64,000 bases of DNA from assembly GCA_964016885.1 (NCBI GenBank), contig OZ024756.1, positions 13,578,001-13,642,000 on the forward strand, read 5' to 3'. The position numbers and the translations under genes are program-made. Below, piece by piece: positions 63,598-64,000 of this stretch (within the stretch, counting starts at the first letter, position 1; every line of letters begins with the position of its first letter). The DNA comes from Eledone cirrhosa. Taxonomy: Eukaryota. Under the pieces are notes generated by a model that ran no database searches, was not told the origin of the DNA, and saw nothing but the letters and a program-made list of their open reading frames with translations.

Positions 63598-64000
63598 CCA
63601 TAGTACTGTAGTGTCACAGTTAGTAGTACTGTGGTGTCACATAGTACTGTGGTGCCACATCTGGTGACATGTAGTACTGCAGTGTCATATCTGGTGACAT
63701 ATAGTACTGTGCTGTCACATCTGGTGTCACATAGTACTGTGGTGTCACATCTGGTGACATATAGTACTGTAGTGTCATATCTGGTGACATATAGTACTGT
63801 AGTGTCATATCTGATGACATTTAGTACTGTGCTGTCACATCTGATGACATATAGTACTGTAGTGTCACAGTTAGTAGTACTGTGCTGTCACATCTGATGA
63901 TATATAGTACTGTGCTGTCACATCTGATGACACATTGTACTGTAGTGTCATATCTGGTGACATATAGTACTGTGCTGTCACATCTGGTGACATATAGTAC
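63598..64000. repeat. 30-bp minisatellite running off the window end
   Basis: Unit catatagtactgt(a/g)(g/c)tgtca(c/t)atctg(g/a)tga. Confidence 0.9.

Overview
Repeat-rich eukaryotic DNA. The SINE families and very high microsatellite load suggest a cephalopod (Octopus-like) genome, which is an inference. One spliced protein-coding gene can be reconstructed on the + strand: five coding exons between 32338 and 46610, 427 aa, with an N-terminal coiled coil and a MIEAP/SPATA18-like C-terminal domain. The rest is microsatellites, minisatellites and decayed mobile elements (Penelope-like, RTE, Tx1/L1, R4/Dong-like, tRNA-SINEs, piggyBac- and Tc1-type MITEs, Helitron-like ends). The most striking unexplained structure is a dense set of type I hammerhead ribozyme (HHR) motifs: about 18 found by eye, in at least 9 unrelated sequence families, mostly in or next to (TA)n tracts. 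They include a 484-bp terminally redundant retrozyme-like monomer and several fold-back palindromes whose ribozyme 3' ends always point outward. I found none inside the coding span of the gene. Almost all long ORFs in the supplied track are repeat artefacts. All motif calls were made by eye, and no database search or folding program was run.
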